Source: an uncultured Acetobacteraceae bacterium
GTDB taxonomy: Bacteria; Pseudomonadota; Alphaproteobacteria; Acetobacterales; Acetobacteraceae
Direction: 5' to 3'
Assembly: GCA_964236695.1 (NCBI GenBank)
Contig: CAXSFU010000008.1
Span: forward strand, 11,069 to 75,068
Length of the DNA: 64,000 nt
Position numbers and translations under genes: made by a program. Positions 26,612 to 35,024 of this stretch are shown here, in pieces. Each line of letters opens with the position of its first letter. Within the stretch, counting starts at the first letter, position 1. Under the pieces are notes generated by a model that saw only the letters and a program-made list of their open reading frames with translations, was not told the origin of the DNA and did not search any database.

Positions 26612-27577
26612 ATGACCGCCGCCCTGCTGCGCCGCCTCCTGCAGGCGCTCGCCGTCGTCCTCGCGCTCAGCGTCGTGGTGTTCCTGATCTTCTTCGCGAC
26701 CCCCGGCGCCGACCCCGCAGCCCGCCTGGCCGGCCGCGGCGCGTCCCCGGAAACGCTGGCCGCCGTGCGGCACGGCTTCGCGCTCGACCGCCCCCTGGTC
26801 GTGCAGTACGGCCTGATGATGCGCCACCTGTTCGTGGACCGCGACCTCGCCTCCTTCGTCAACCGCGGCCAGCTGGTGATCCCCACGCTGCTTGCCGCCG
26901 CCCCGGTGACGCTGGCGCTGGTCGGCGGCGCGGCCGTGCTGTGGATCGCCGGCGCGCTCGCCATCGCCCTGCCCTCGGCCGCCCGGCCCGGCGGGGTCGC
27001 CGACCGCGTGCTCGGCGGCCTCGGCCTGCTGGCGCTGTCCGTGCCGGTGTTCTGGCTCGGCGAGGTCACGACCCTGGTGGCGCAGGGCCCGCTGCACCGA
27101 ACGCTGTTCGCCTGGGTGCCGCCCGCCGGCCTGCCGCCGCACGGCCTGCCCGCCTGGATCGCCACCCTGGCGCTGCCCTGCGCCACCCTCGCCGCCTCCT
27201 ACGCCGGCCTCTACGGCCGCGTGCTGCGCGCCAGCCTCATCGAGGCCTGGGGCGCCGACCACGTCCGCACCGCCCGCGCCAAAGGCATCCCCGAGCGCCA
27301 AGTCGTGCTCCGCCACGTGCTGCGCTGCTCGCTGGCCACCGCGGTCGCTCTGTTCGGCCTGGACTTCGGCGCGCTGGTCGGCGGCGGCACCGTGCTGACC
27401 GAGGTGGTCTTCGACCTGCACGGCGTCGGCCGCCTCACCTACGACGCCATGACGCAGTTCGACCTGCCGATGATCCTGGCCACCGTGATCTACGCCTCGG
27501 TGTTCGTGGTCGCCGCCAGCGCCGCGGTGGATGTCGCATACCTGGCGCTCGATCCGAGGCTGCGGGAAGCGCGGTAG
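26612..27577 (+). CDS. ABC transporter permease, DppB/OppB family
   Basis: ATG at 26612 (MTAALLRRLLQALAVVL...). GLDRPLVVQY and the EAA loop HVRTARAKGIPERQVVLRHVLR. Confidence 0.8.
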   Translation: MTAALLRRLLQALAVVLALSVVVFLIFFATPGADPAARLAGRGASPETLAAVRHGFALDRPLVVQYGLMMRHLFVDRDLASFVNRGQLVIPTLLAAAPVTLALVGGAAVLWIAGALAIALPSAARPGGVADRVLGGLGLLALSVPVFWLGEVTTLVAQGPLHRTLFAWVPPAGLPPHGLPAWIATLALPCATLAASYAGLYGRVLRASLIEAWGADHVRTARAKGIPERQVVLRHVLRCSLATAVALFGLDFGALVGGGTVLTEVVFDLHGVGRLTYDAMTQFDLPMILATVIYASVFVVAASAAVDVAYLALDPRLREAR

Positions 27578-27580
27578 GGA

Positions 27581-27793
27581 GCAAGGCCAGGGCTCTGCCC
27601 TGGACCCGCCAGGGGCGGAGATGGCCAAAGGTTCCGACGATCCGCTTGGATCGTTGGAAAGGCCACCGGAGGGAGCGCCCCTGGACCGGCATCCGGAAGG
27701 CGCGCGAACCGCGGCGTCAGGACTCCGAACCCGGAGGAGGTTTCCAGGGGCGGACCTTTTGCGAGTCGAGGGCGGAGCCTTCGCCTTTCTTGG
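27581..27793. repeat. GC-rich REP/BIME-like mosaic
   Basis: gcaaggccagggctctgccctggacccgccagggg followed by the long-hairpin module ggccaaaggttccgacgatccgcttggatcgttggaaaggccaccggagggagc and degenerate units up to the TetR stop. Confidence 0.85.
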
Positions 27794-28423
27794 CTACGCC
27801 GCCGGCAGGTGCTGGACCAGGATCGCCTGCAGCGTGTGCGTGGCCACGTCGAGCACCGCCGTGTCGCCCGCGACCATCATCGCCGCCATCGCGCCGTCGA
27901 GGACGAGCAGGATCTGGCGGGCCAGCAGGTCCGGGCTGGATGCCCCGGCGCCGCGCGCCTCCTCGGCAAGCCCGGCGAGCACGAGCCGGTGGTGGCCTGC
28001 GGCAATCTCGCGGATCCAGGGCTCGCCCTTGGTGTGCTCGGCGGCGGCGTTGATGAACGCGCAGCCGGTGAAGCCGGTCTCGCGGAACCACGGCCCGAGC
28101 ACCGCGACGGCTTGGCCGAGGCGGTCGGCCGGCGTCGGCGCCGACGCCCCCAGCGCGGAGAAGAACCGCCCGCGCCAGGCCTCTCCCTCCTCGTGCAGCA
28201 CGACGCGCACCAGCGCCTCCTTGGAGCCGAAGCGGCTGTAGAGCGTCATCTTCGACGCGCCGGCCAGCGTCAGGATGCGGTCGATCCCGGTGGCGTGGAT
28301 GCCGTCGCGGCAGAACAGCTCGCGCGCCACGGCAAGGATGCGTTCGTGGGGCGGGGCCATGACAGGATCGGCCACGCGCGGCTGCGGCGGGTCCTGCTCC
28401 ACCTGGTCCGGCAGCCGCTGCAT
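27794..28423 (-). CDS. TetR/AcrR-family transcriptional regulator
   Basis: HTH ILAVARELFCRDGIHATGIDRILTLAGASKMTLYSRFGSKEALV. The start may be the internal ATG at 28360 (MAPPHERIL). Confidence 0.85.
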   Translation of the reverse strand: MQRLPDQVEQDPPQPRVADPVMAPPHERILAVARELFCRDGIHATGIDRILTLAGASKMTLYSRFGSKEALVRVVLHEEGEAWRGRFFSALGASAPTPADRLGQAVAVLGPWFRETGFTGCAFINAAAEHTKGEPWIREIAAGHHRLVLAGLAEEARGAGASSPDLLARQILLVLDGAMAAMMVAGDTAVLDVATHTLQAILVQHLPAA

Positions 28424-28654
28424 ACGAAAACGCCTTCCGTGAAGCGCCCTGCCTCAAATCCGGGCAGGGCCGGGTCGCGGGCCAGCCCAGCGGCGCGCAT
28501 GCAAGTCTCGCCACTCGCGCACGGCCGGTCAACCAAGCCGCCGTCCACGGCCATTCCCCGATGGTGTGGCGACCATCGAGGGAATCAAGGCGCGGCATTG
28601 ACCGGGCCGGGCGAAGCGCCACCTCGGCGTGGCACGGGCCTTGCTGACATCCGT

Positions 28655-28679
28655 CCGGCAGACTGACCTGTCTGTCCGG
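28655..28679. promoter_or_regulatory. imperfect palindrome, candidate TetR operator in the divergent region
   Basis: ccggCAGACtgacctGTCTGtccgg: CAGAC/GTCTG are perfect arms and the outer ccgg arms are offset by 1 nt. It lies about 60 nt upstream of the OsmC-like gene. Confidence 0.25.
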
Positions 28680-28738
28680 CGTGGACCGGTGTAGGCTCCA
28701 GGCGTCGGCATCCCGCCGGCCCCGCAGGGAGATCCGCG

Positions 28739-29338
28739 ATGAGCGCGACCACGAAGACCCAGCCCCCGGCAGAGGCTCAGCCCACCATGGCCCAGCCTGG
28801 AACGGCCCAGCCTGCTACGGCCATGACCTCCTGCCTGCAGCCGATCGACCGCGAGGGCCTGGACGGGCTGATCGCCAAGGGTCGTGCCGACCCGAAGGCG
28901 GTCAAGACCCTGAAGTGCCGCACCGTGGCCGAGGGCCGCTTCCGCCACCTCAACATGATCCGCACGCTCCCGGCCCACGTGATCGACGAGCCGCCGGTGC
29001 TGCTCGGCGACGACACCGCGCCAAACCCGTCCGAGGCGTCGCTCGCCGCCCTGGGCTCGTGCCTGGCCGTCGGCATCCACGCCAACGCCGTGGCGCGCAA
29101 CATCACCATCAACAAGCTCGAGCTGGAGCTCGAGGCCGACATCAACATCACCTCGGTCTGGGGCACGGGCGACACCTCGCCCAAGCCGGTCGGCTTCGAT
29201 GCCGTGCGGGTGAAGGTGCACCTCGACGCCGACGCGCCGCAGGCCGAGCTGGACGCGCTGATCGCCCATGCCAAGGTTTGGTCTCCGGTGGCCAACACCT
29301 TCACCAAGCCGGTTGCGCTGACCGTGGACGCCGCCTGA
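28739..29338 (+). CDS. OsmC/Ohr-family protein
   Basis: PNPSEASLAALGSCLAVG and a C-terminal AKVWSPVANT pattern. There is a Pro/Ala/Gln-rich N-terminal extension. Confidence 0.78.
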   Translation: MSATTKTQPPAEAQPTMAQPGTAQPATAMTSCLQPIDREGLDGLIAKGRADPKAVKTLKCRTVAEGRFRHLNMIRTLPAHVIDEPPVLLGDDTAPNPSEASLAALGSCLAVGIHANAVARNITINKLELELEADINITSVWGTGDTSPKPVGFDAVRVKVHLDADAPQAELDALIAHAKVWSPVANTFTKPVALTVDAA

Positions 29339-30561
29339 TGCCGGGGGCGGCCCTGGCGGAGGCCCTGCCCGAGGCCGCCCCGCCCTCCCGCACCGTGCCG
29401 CGCGCCTCGGGTCTCGCATCCACCCGCGGCAGCCTGGCCGGCCACGGTGCGCCTGCCCACACTTCTCTCGACCGCGACGCCCTGCTGGGCGAGCTGCGCC
29501 GCATCGCGCGCGCCGAGCTGGCGCCGATCGCCGGGCGCGTCGACCGCGATGGCTTCTATCCCGAGGCGGCACTGCGCACCCTGGGCGAGGCCGGCGCCTT
29601 CGCCCTGCACCTGCGCGGGCCGGCGCCGCTCGGCCGTCCCGACCTGCCTGCCGCAATCGAGGCGACGGCCGCGATCTCGGCGGAGTGCATGTCGAGCGGC
29701 TTCTGCGCCTGGTGCCAGAACGCCAGCGGCTGGTACCTGGAGAACACCGCCAACGCCGGGCTGCGCGAACGACTGCAGCCCGGCATCGCCTCCGCCTCGC
29801 TGATGGGCGGCACCGGCCTGTCGAACCCGGTCAAGGCGCTGGCCGGCATCGAGACGCTCAAGCTCAAGGGCCGTCGCGTTCCCGGCGGTTGGCGCGTCTC
29901 GGGCACCCTGCCCTGGGTGTCCAACCTCGGCGAGGGCCACTGGTTCGGCACCATCTTCCGCGACGCCGAGGACGCGACGACCCGCGTGATGGCCATGGTG
30001 CGCTGCGGCGCGCCGGGCGTGGAGATCCGCCAGTCCATCAGGTTCATCGCGCTGGAAGGCACCGGGACCTACTCGATCCTGTTCCGTGATGCATTCATCC
30101 CCGAGGACGACCTGCTCGCCGACCCGCTCGGCGACACGGCGCGCCGCATCAAGCCGGGTTTCGTGCTGCTGCAGGCCGGCATGGCCCTGGGCGTGATCGA
30201 GGCGTGCCTGGCCTCGATGCGCCGCGACAACGTCCACTATGCGCGCATCAACGGCCACCTGCCGCTGCAGGCCGACGCGCTGCAGGACCAGCTCGGCACG
30301 CTGCGCGAACGGGTCCTGACCCTGGCGCAGACGCCGCACGAGCCGGGGCCCGGCTACCTGCGCCGGGTGCTGGAGGCGCGCGTGGCGTGCAGCGAGCTGA
30401 CGCTTGCGGCCAGCCAGGCGGCGATGATGCATGCCGGCGCGCGCGGCTATCTCGAGGGCTCGGTGGTGTCGCGCCTGCAGCGCGAGGCCTGGTTCGTGGC
30501 GATCATCACGCCATCGATCCGCCATCTGCGCCACGAGCTGGCGGCCATGGCCGCCGAATGA
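29338..30561 (+). CDS. acyl-CoA dehydrogenase-fold flavoprotein (non-canonical, possibly a monooxygenase-type member)
   Basis: The ATG overlaps the OsmC stop (TGATG at 29336-29340). ACAD-like blocks include FYPEAALRTLGEAGAF, GGTGLSNP, WRVSGTLPWVSN and ARGYLEGSVVSRLQREAWF. The position normally occupied by IYEGT reads IITPS. Confidence 0.7.
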   Translation: MPGAALAEALPEAAPPSRTVPRASGLASTRGSLAGHGAPAHTSLDRDALLGELRRIARAELAPIAGRVDRDGFYPEAALRTLGEAGAFALHLRGPAPLGRPDLPAAIEATAAISAECMSSGFCAWCQNASGWYLENTANAGLRERLQPGIASASLMGGTGLSNPVKALAGIETLKLKGRRVPGGWRVSGTLPWVSNLGEGHWFGTIFRDAEDATTRVMAMVRCGAPGVEIRQSIRFIALEGTGTYSILFRDAFIPEDDLLADPLGDTARRIKPGFVLLQAGMALGVIEACLASMRRDNVHYARINGHLPLQADALQDQLGTLRERVLTLAQTPHEPGPGYLRRVLEARVACSELTLAASQAAMMHAGARGYLEGSVVSRLQREAWFVAIITPSIRHLRHELAAMAAE

Positions 30562-30816
30562 ACCTGTGGCGACCGTCCGACGATCGGGCGGGATCACTTC
30601 GGCCCGGTCGGCTCCCGTCACCGGCGGTGTGCCAACCGGCGTTCCGCCGGTCCGTCCACCGCGATCGTTTGTTGGTCGCAACCGAAGCCGCGCCGCCCGG
30701 CCTGCCGCTTGCAGGCACCTCCCCGAGCCTGCCGCGTGCAGGCATCGTGCGAGGCCTGCCGCGCAGGCCGCCACCCCCGGCCTGACCTGCAGGCCGCCAC
30801 ACAGAGGAGCATGCCC

Positions 30817-31683
30817 ATGAGCGAGAAGGTCCTGGTCACCCCCGCCGAACTGGCCGCGATGCCGCCGGCCACCACGGTGATCATCGATACCCGCAACCCC
30901 GACGCCTACGCCGCCGGCCACATCCCAGGCGCGGTCAACGTCCACGACATCTTCACCTTCCTGGCGATGTCGACGCCTGACGCGATCACCGAGCTGCGCG
31001 CGAAGTTCGCCGCCTCGTTCGGGGCCGCCGGCCTGTCCGGCGCAGAGACCGCGGTGTGCTACGAGGAGAGCATGAACTCCGGCTTCGGCCAGTCCTGCCG
31101 CGGCTACTTCCTGCTCAAGTTCATGGGCTATCCCGAGGCCCGCGTGCTGCACGGCGGCCTGGTCGCCTGGAAGGCCGCCGGCATGGAGGTCACCACCGAG
31201 GCGCCGGTCGTCGCGGCGAAGCAGTTCCCGGTCACCGACGCCGGCAGCGAGATGATGCTTGACCGCAACGACATGCTGGCGGCCCTGGGCGACGAGAGCA
31301 TCGTCAAGCTCGACGTGCGCGACGCCGACGAGTGGATCGGCGAGAGCTCCTCGCCCTACGGCCCGGACTTCTGCCCGCGCAAGGGCCGCATCCCCGGCTC
31401 GCGCTGGATCGAGTGGTATCGCCTGATGAAGCCCTCGGCCGCCGGCCCGGTGTTCAAGTCGAGGAACGAGATCCTGGCCGAGTGCGCCTCGGTCGGCATC
31501 ACGCCCGCGACCACCGTCTACCTGTTCTGCTTCAAGGGTGCGCGCGCGTCCAACTCGCTCGTCGCCCTCAAGGAGGCCGGCATCACCGACGTCCGCCTCT
31601 ACTTCGGGTCGTGGAACGAGTGGAGCCGCGATGAGACCCTGCCGATCGAGACCGGCCTGCCCTTCGCGACCGCCGCCGAGTAG
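30817..31683 (+). CDS. two-domain rhodanese sulfurtransferase (thiosulfate/3-mercaptopyruvate type)
   Basis: GAGGAG RBS followed by ATG at 30817. The N-terminal rhodanese domain has DTRNPDAYAAGHIPGAVN. The C-terminal catalytic domain has the active-site loop YLFCFKGARAS. Confidence 0.8.
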   Translation: MSEKVLVTPAELAAMPPATTVIIDTRNPDAYAAGHIPGAVNVHDIFTFLAMSTPDAITELRAKFAASFGAAGLSGAETAVCYEESMNSGFGQSCRGYFLLKFMGYPEARVLHGGLVAWKAAGMEVTTEAPVVAAKQFPVTDAGSEMMLDRNDMLAALGDESIVKLDVRDADEWIGESSSPYGPDFCPRKGRIPGSRWIEWYRLMKPSAAGPVFKSRNEILAECASVGITPATTVYLFCFKGARASNSLVALKEAGITDVRLYFGSWNEWSRDETLPIETGLPFATAAE

Positions 31684-31824
31684 CCGACCCGGCGGCGTCG
31701 CCCGCGTCGCGGTCCATTCCATGATTGCCGGTCTCGCCCCGAGGCGGGACTGGGAAACAAGACGATCGCTGCGTTCCTCCCGCTGCCGTTCAACTGTATC
31801 GGTCGATCGGGACGCGGATTGGAC

Positions 31825-31854
31825 TTGACGCGTTCTTCGGCCGACGCCTATGTT
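31825..31854 (+). promoter_or_regulatory. promoter-like element upstream of the candidate small RNA
   Basis: TTGACG (31825-31830), 18-bp spacer, TATGTT (31849-31854), within a locally GC-poorer intergenic stretch. Confidence 0.25.
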
Positions 31855-31859
31855 GATTT

Positions 31860-31945
31860 CGATTACGCAGCATTGTCGCTGCAGGAACATCCCCGGGCAA
31901 CAGCGCCCTGCAGCAACCACACCCTGGTTGATGCAGGGCGTTTTT
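31860..31945 (+). ncRNA. candidate small RNA, or structured 3-prime UTR end of the sulfurtransferase operon
   Basis: Bounded by the promoter-like element and a strong intrinsic terminator. No ORF with an RBS is present. It lies within a roughly 420-bp intergenic region. Confidence 0.25.
31904..31945 (+). terminator. Rho-independent terminator
   Basis: cgccctgca-g-caacca-caccc-tggttg-a-tgcagggcg followed by TTTTT (31941-31945). This is a 15-bp interrupted GC-rich stem. The T-run is present only on the plus strand. Confidence 0.65.
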
Positions 31946-32105
31946 CTGTCTGCCGTCCGGCACGCCGCAGCCATGGTGCCGCCGGCCAGTCCCGGGCCGG
32001 CGCCCCGGCAGACAGGCCCGGAGCCGATACGACAACGATCCGGAAACGGGGCGCAGCGCAGGCATCATGCGCGGCCCGCAGCCCCCACCATGCAAGGACA
32101 TCGCC

Positions 32106-32603
32106 ATGAACACGATCAAGGTCGGGGACCGGCTCCCCGACGTCAGCTTCAAGCAGTTCACCCCGGACGGACTCGGCGACGTCTCCGTCGGCGACGTCTT
32201 CGCCGGCAAGCGCGTCCTGTTGTTCGGCATCCCCGGCGCGTTCACCCCGGTTTGCCAGGGCAATCACCTGCCCGGCTACGTCGACCAGGCCGCGACCTTC
32301 AAGCTGCACGGCATCGACGAGATCGCCTGCATCTCGGTCAACGACACCTTCGTCATGCGCGCCTTCGGCGAGGCCAGGGGCACCGACGGCAAGGTCACGA
32401 TGCTCGCCGACAGCGACGGCGAGTTCACCCAGAAGGTCGGCATGGAGGCGGACGCCTCCAGCTTCGGCCTCGGCAGGCGGTCCGAGCGCTACGCCATGGT
32501 GGTCAGGGACGGCGTCGTCGAGATGCTGCAGGTCGAATCGCACTTCGTCGATCATGCCGTCACCAGCGCGCAAAGCATGCTGGAGGCGCTCGCCGCCGCG
32601 TAG
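32106..32603 (+). CDS. peroxiredoxin, Prx5/PrxD subfamily
   Basis: ATG at 32106 (MNTIKVGDRLPDV). Peroxidatic Cys context FGIPGAFTPVC, and ISVNDTFVM. Confidence 0.85.
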   Translation: MNTIKVGDRLPDVSFKQFTPDGLGDVSVGDVFAGKRVLLFGIPGAFTPVCQGNHLPGYVDQAATFKLHGIDEIACISVNDTFVMRAFGEARGTDGKVTMLADSDGEFTQKVGMEADASSFGLGRRSERYAMVVRDGVVEMLQVESHFVDHAVTSAQSMLEALAAA

Positions 32604-32908
32604 CGCCGCCGCGCCCCGAAGCATCGCGGGCGGATTTCGCTCCGCGATGTCCGGCGGGCCGCCACGCTGCCCCCTGCCGCAGCGATCGTCTTCCTCATAG
32701 GTTTCCAATCGTTTCCAGACACAGCACTACGCTGCTTATAGTCATGCGTGCAGATCTTGCCTCATCTGTTGTGGTATTTGCGCCACTTGCTGCGTGTTCG
32801 TGACAATGAACAGGTATTCTTCATTGCCTGCCGTCATCGATCCGACCCACGATGACTTCAACAAGAAAACGCCGGACAGCACGCGGTCCCACCATCGGAG
32901 CGCCACCC

Positions 32909-34045
32909 ATGCAGAGAATCCGCCTTGCCGCTCTCGCCGCAACCTGCCTTGCAGGGCTGCACGGCGTCGCCTCCGCCCAGCAGCCGCCACCCCCGCCCAC
33001 CGGCAGCGGCGGCGTGCCCTATGTCGGCCTCGGCGGCGCCTACAGCCTGCTGCAGGACATCCACGTCCACCCGATGGACCGGCCGCTCACCCCTGGCCGC
33101 GCTGAGGAACGTTTCGGCCCCGGCTTCGCCGGCGCCGCCTTCGCCGGCTACGCGCTCGGCAACGGCTTCCAGTTCGAGGTCGAGGGTGCCTACGACTACA
33201 ACAACTTCAACAAGCTCTCGCCGACCGCCCCGCCCAACAAGCAGACCGGCCACCAGGAAAGCTACGGCGGCTTCGCCAACGCCATCTACGTGATCGACCC
33301 GCCAAAGCTCGGCATCGACGAGGGCTTCGTCAAGCCTTACGTCGGCGTGGGCGTCGGCGCGCTGTGGACCCATGTCGATGCCCCCGCGGTCGGCATCAAC
33401 CAGCCCAGCTTCGTCAACCACATCGGCGGCACCAGCGGCGCCAACTTCGCCGCCCAGGCGATCGTCGGCCTCGCCTTCCCGATCCAGGCGGTGCCGGGCC
33501 TCGCCTTCAGCGTCGACTACCGCCTGATCTCCATCCCCGACCCCGATCCGCTGACCAGCAACTTCTACACCGGCAACACCCTCAGCAAGGGCCCGATCAA
33601 GCTTTCGCCGATCTTCGTCCACCTGTTCGTCGCAGGACTCGCCTACGCCTTCGGCTCGCCGCCCGCACCGCCTGCCCCTGCGCCGATGCCCGCCGCCACC
33701 CCGCCGATGGCGCCCAGCCGCACCTACCTGGTGTTCTTCGACTGGGATCGTGCCGACCTCACCTCCCGCGCACGCCAGATCATCGCCGAGGCCGCGCAGA
33801 ACTCGACCCGCGTGCAGACCACGCGCATCGAGGTCAACGGCTACACCGACCTGTCCGGCACCGCCGCCTACAACCAGGGCCTGTCGGTCCGCCGCGCGAG
33901 GAGCGTCGAGGCCGAGCTGGTCCACGACGGCGTGCCAAGGACCGAGATCGCCATCCACGGCTATGGCGAGGCCCATCCCCTCGTGCAGACCGCCCAGGGC
34001 GTGCGCGAGCCGCAGAACCGCCGCGTCGAGATCATCCTGCGCTGA
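32909..34045 (+). CDS. OmpA-family outer-membrane protein (beta-barrel, Pro-rich hinge, OmpA C-terminal domain)
   Basis: Signal peptide MQRIRLAALAATCLAGLHGVASA. Aromatic-rich barrel repeats and the hinge PPAPPAPAPMPAATPPMAP. The OmpA domain has NGYTDLSGTAAYNQGLSVRRA and NRRVEI. Confidence 0.82.
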   Translation: MQRIRLAALAATCLAGLHGVASAQQPPPPPTGSGGVPYVGLGGAYSLLQDIHVHPMDRPLTPGRAEERFGPGFAGAAFAGYALGNGFQFEVEGAYDYNNFNKLSPTAPPNKQTGHQESYGGFANAIYVIDPPKLGIDEGFVKPYVGVGVGALWTHVDAPAVGINQPSFVNHIGGTSGANFAAQAIVGLAFPIQAVPGLAFSVDYRLISIPDPDPLTSNFYTGNTLSKGPIKLSPIFVHLFVAGLAYAFGSPPAPPAPAPMPAATPPMAPSRTYLVFFDWDRADLTSRARQIIAEAAQNSTRVQTTRIEVNGYTDLSGTAAYNQGLSVRRARSVEAELVHDGVPRTEIAIHGYGEAHPLVQTAQGVREPQNRRVEIILR

Positions 34046-34057
34046 GCCGTCCGGCGC

Positions 34058-34113
34058 CTGCCGCGCCGCAAGCCCCGCCCTGCCCCGCAGGCCGGGGCGC
34101 TGCGGCGCGGCAG
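34058..34113. terminator. long GC hairpin between convergent genes (possible bidirectional terminator)
   Basis: A perfect 13-bp stem ctgccgcgccgca (34058-34070) / tgcggcgcggcag (34101-34113) with an inner gccccg...cggggc pairing. There is no U-tract on either side. Confidence 0.3.
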
Positions 34114-34174
34114 CCACCCGCCGCGTCCAGCACGACAGGGTACTGCCTGCCCGCGCCCTTGCCCGGGCAGAAGC

Positions 34175-34861
34175 TCAGCGGATCGTGGTGCGGACCTCGC
34201 CCACGCCCTCGATCGCTCCGACCAGCGAGTCGCCCCGCGCCACCGCCCCCACCCCGGCCGGCGTGCCGGTGAACACCAGGTCGCCCGCCGACAGCCGCAC
34301 CAGCGCCGACAGCGCCGCCACCGTCTCCGCCACGTCCCAGATCATCTCGCCCAGGTCACCGGACTGGCGCACCTCGCCCCCGACGCGCAGCTCGATCCGC
34401 CCGGCCCGCGGATGCCCGCACGCCAACGCCGGCACCAGAAGCCCGATCGGCGCCGAGCAGTCGAACCCCTTCGCCATGTCCCATGGACGCCCCGCCTGCT
34501 TCGCCGCCGCCTGCAGGTCGCGCCGCGTCATGTCGAGCCCCGCCGCATATCCCCACACATGCGCCAGCGCATCGCCGGCCGCGATGCCCGCGCCGCCGAC
34601 GCCGATCGCCGCCACCAGCTCCATCTCGTGGTGCAGCGCCCCGGTGGCCGGCGGATACGGCATGTCCGCGCCCCCGGTCAGCACCGCATCGGCAGGCTTG
34701 GTGAAGAAGAACGGCGCCTCGCGCTCCGGGTCCGCGCCCATCTCGCGCGCATGCTCTGCGTAGTTCCGGCCGACACAGAAGATCCTGCGCACCGCGAACA
34801 CCCCGCCGCCGCGGACGGGTACGCCGGCCTGCGGCGGCTGCGGGAGAACATACTCGCTCAT
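34175..34861 (-). CDS. fumarylacetoacetate hydrolase (FAH) family protein
   Basis: IFCVGRNYAEHAREMG, FFFTKP, HHEMELV, DMTRRDLQ and VFTGTPAGVG motifs. Confidence 0.85.
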   Translation of the reverse strand: MSEYVLPQPPQAGVPVRGGGVFAVRRIFCVGRNYAEHAREMGADPEREAPFFFTKPADAVLTGGADMPYPPATGALHHEMELVAAIGVGGAGIAAGDALAHVWGYAAGLDMTRRDLQAAAKQAGRPWDMAKGFDCSAPIGLLVPALACGHPRAGRIELRVGGEVRQSGDLGEMIWDVAETVAALSALVRLSAGDLVFTGTPAGVGAVARGDSLVGAIEGVGEVRTTIR

Positions 34862-34926
34862 GGCCGTGGCCTCCGCTCGGGACTGCCAGCCCCCACTGCG
34901 GGTGGGGCGGCGGATCTAACAAGAAA

Positions 34927-35024
34927 GCAAGGCCAGAGGCTCTGCCTCTGGACTCCGCCAAAGGCTCGCCTTTGGAAACCTCGACTCAAGCAAGGCCGGT
35001 CCAGGGCAGAGCCCTGGCCTTGCT
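34927..35024. repeat. GC-rich REP/BIME-like units (inverted pair)
   Basis: gcaaggccagaggctctgcctctggactccgccaaaggctcgcctttgg ... gcaaggccggtccagggcagagccctggccttgc. The stem variant ccagagg/cctctgg keeps pairing. Confidence 0.9.

Noticed and set aside
32604-32908. GC-poorer 300-bp leader upstream of the OmpA-family gene, plus a hairpin catcgcgg-N12-ccgcgatg after the peroxiredoxin gene. Both were considered as a riboswitch, sRNA or terminator.
   Set aside because: I recognise no riboswitch consensus. The hairpin lacks a U-tract. Promoter hexamers are ambiguous. A long 5-prime UTR for an abundant porin is plausible but cannot be supported from sequence alone.
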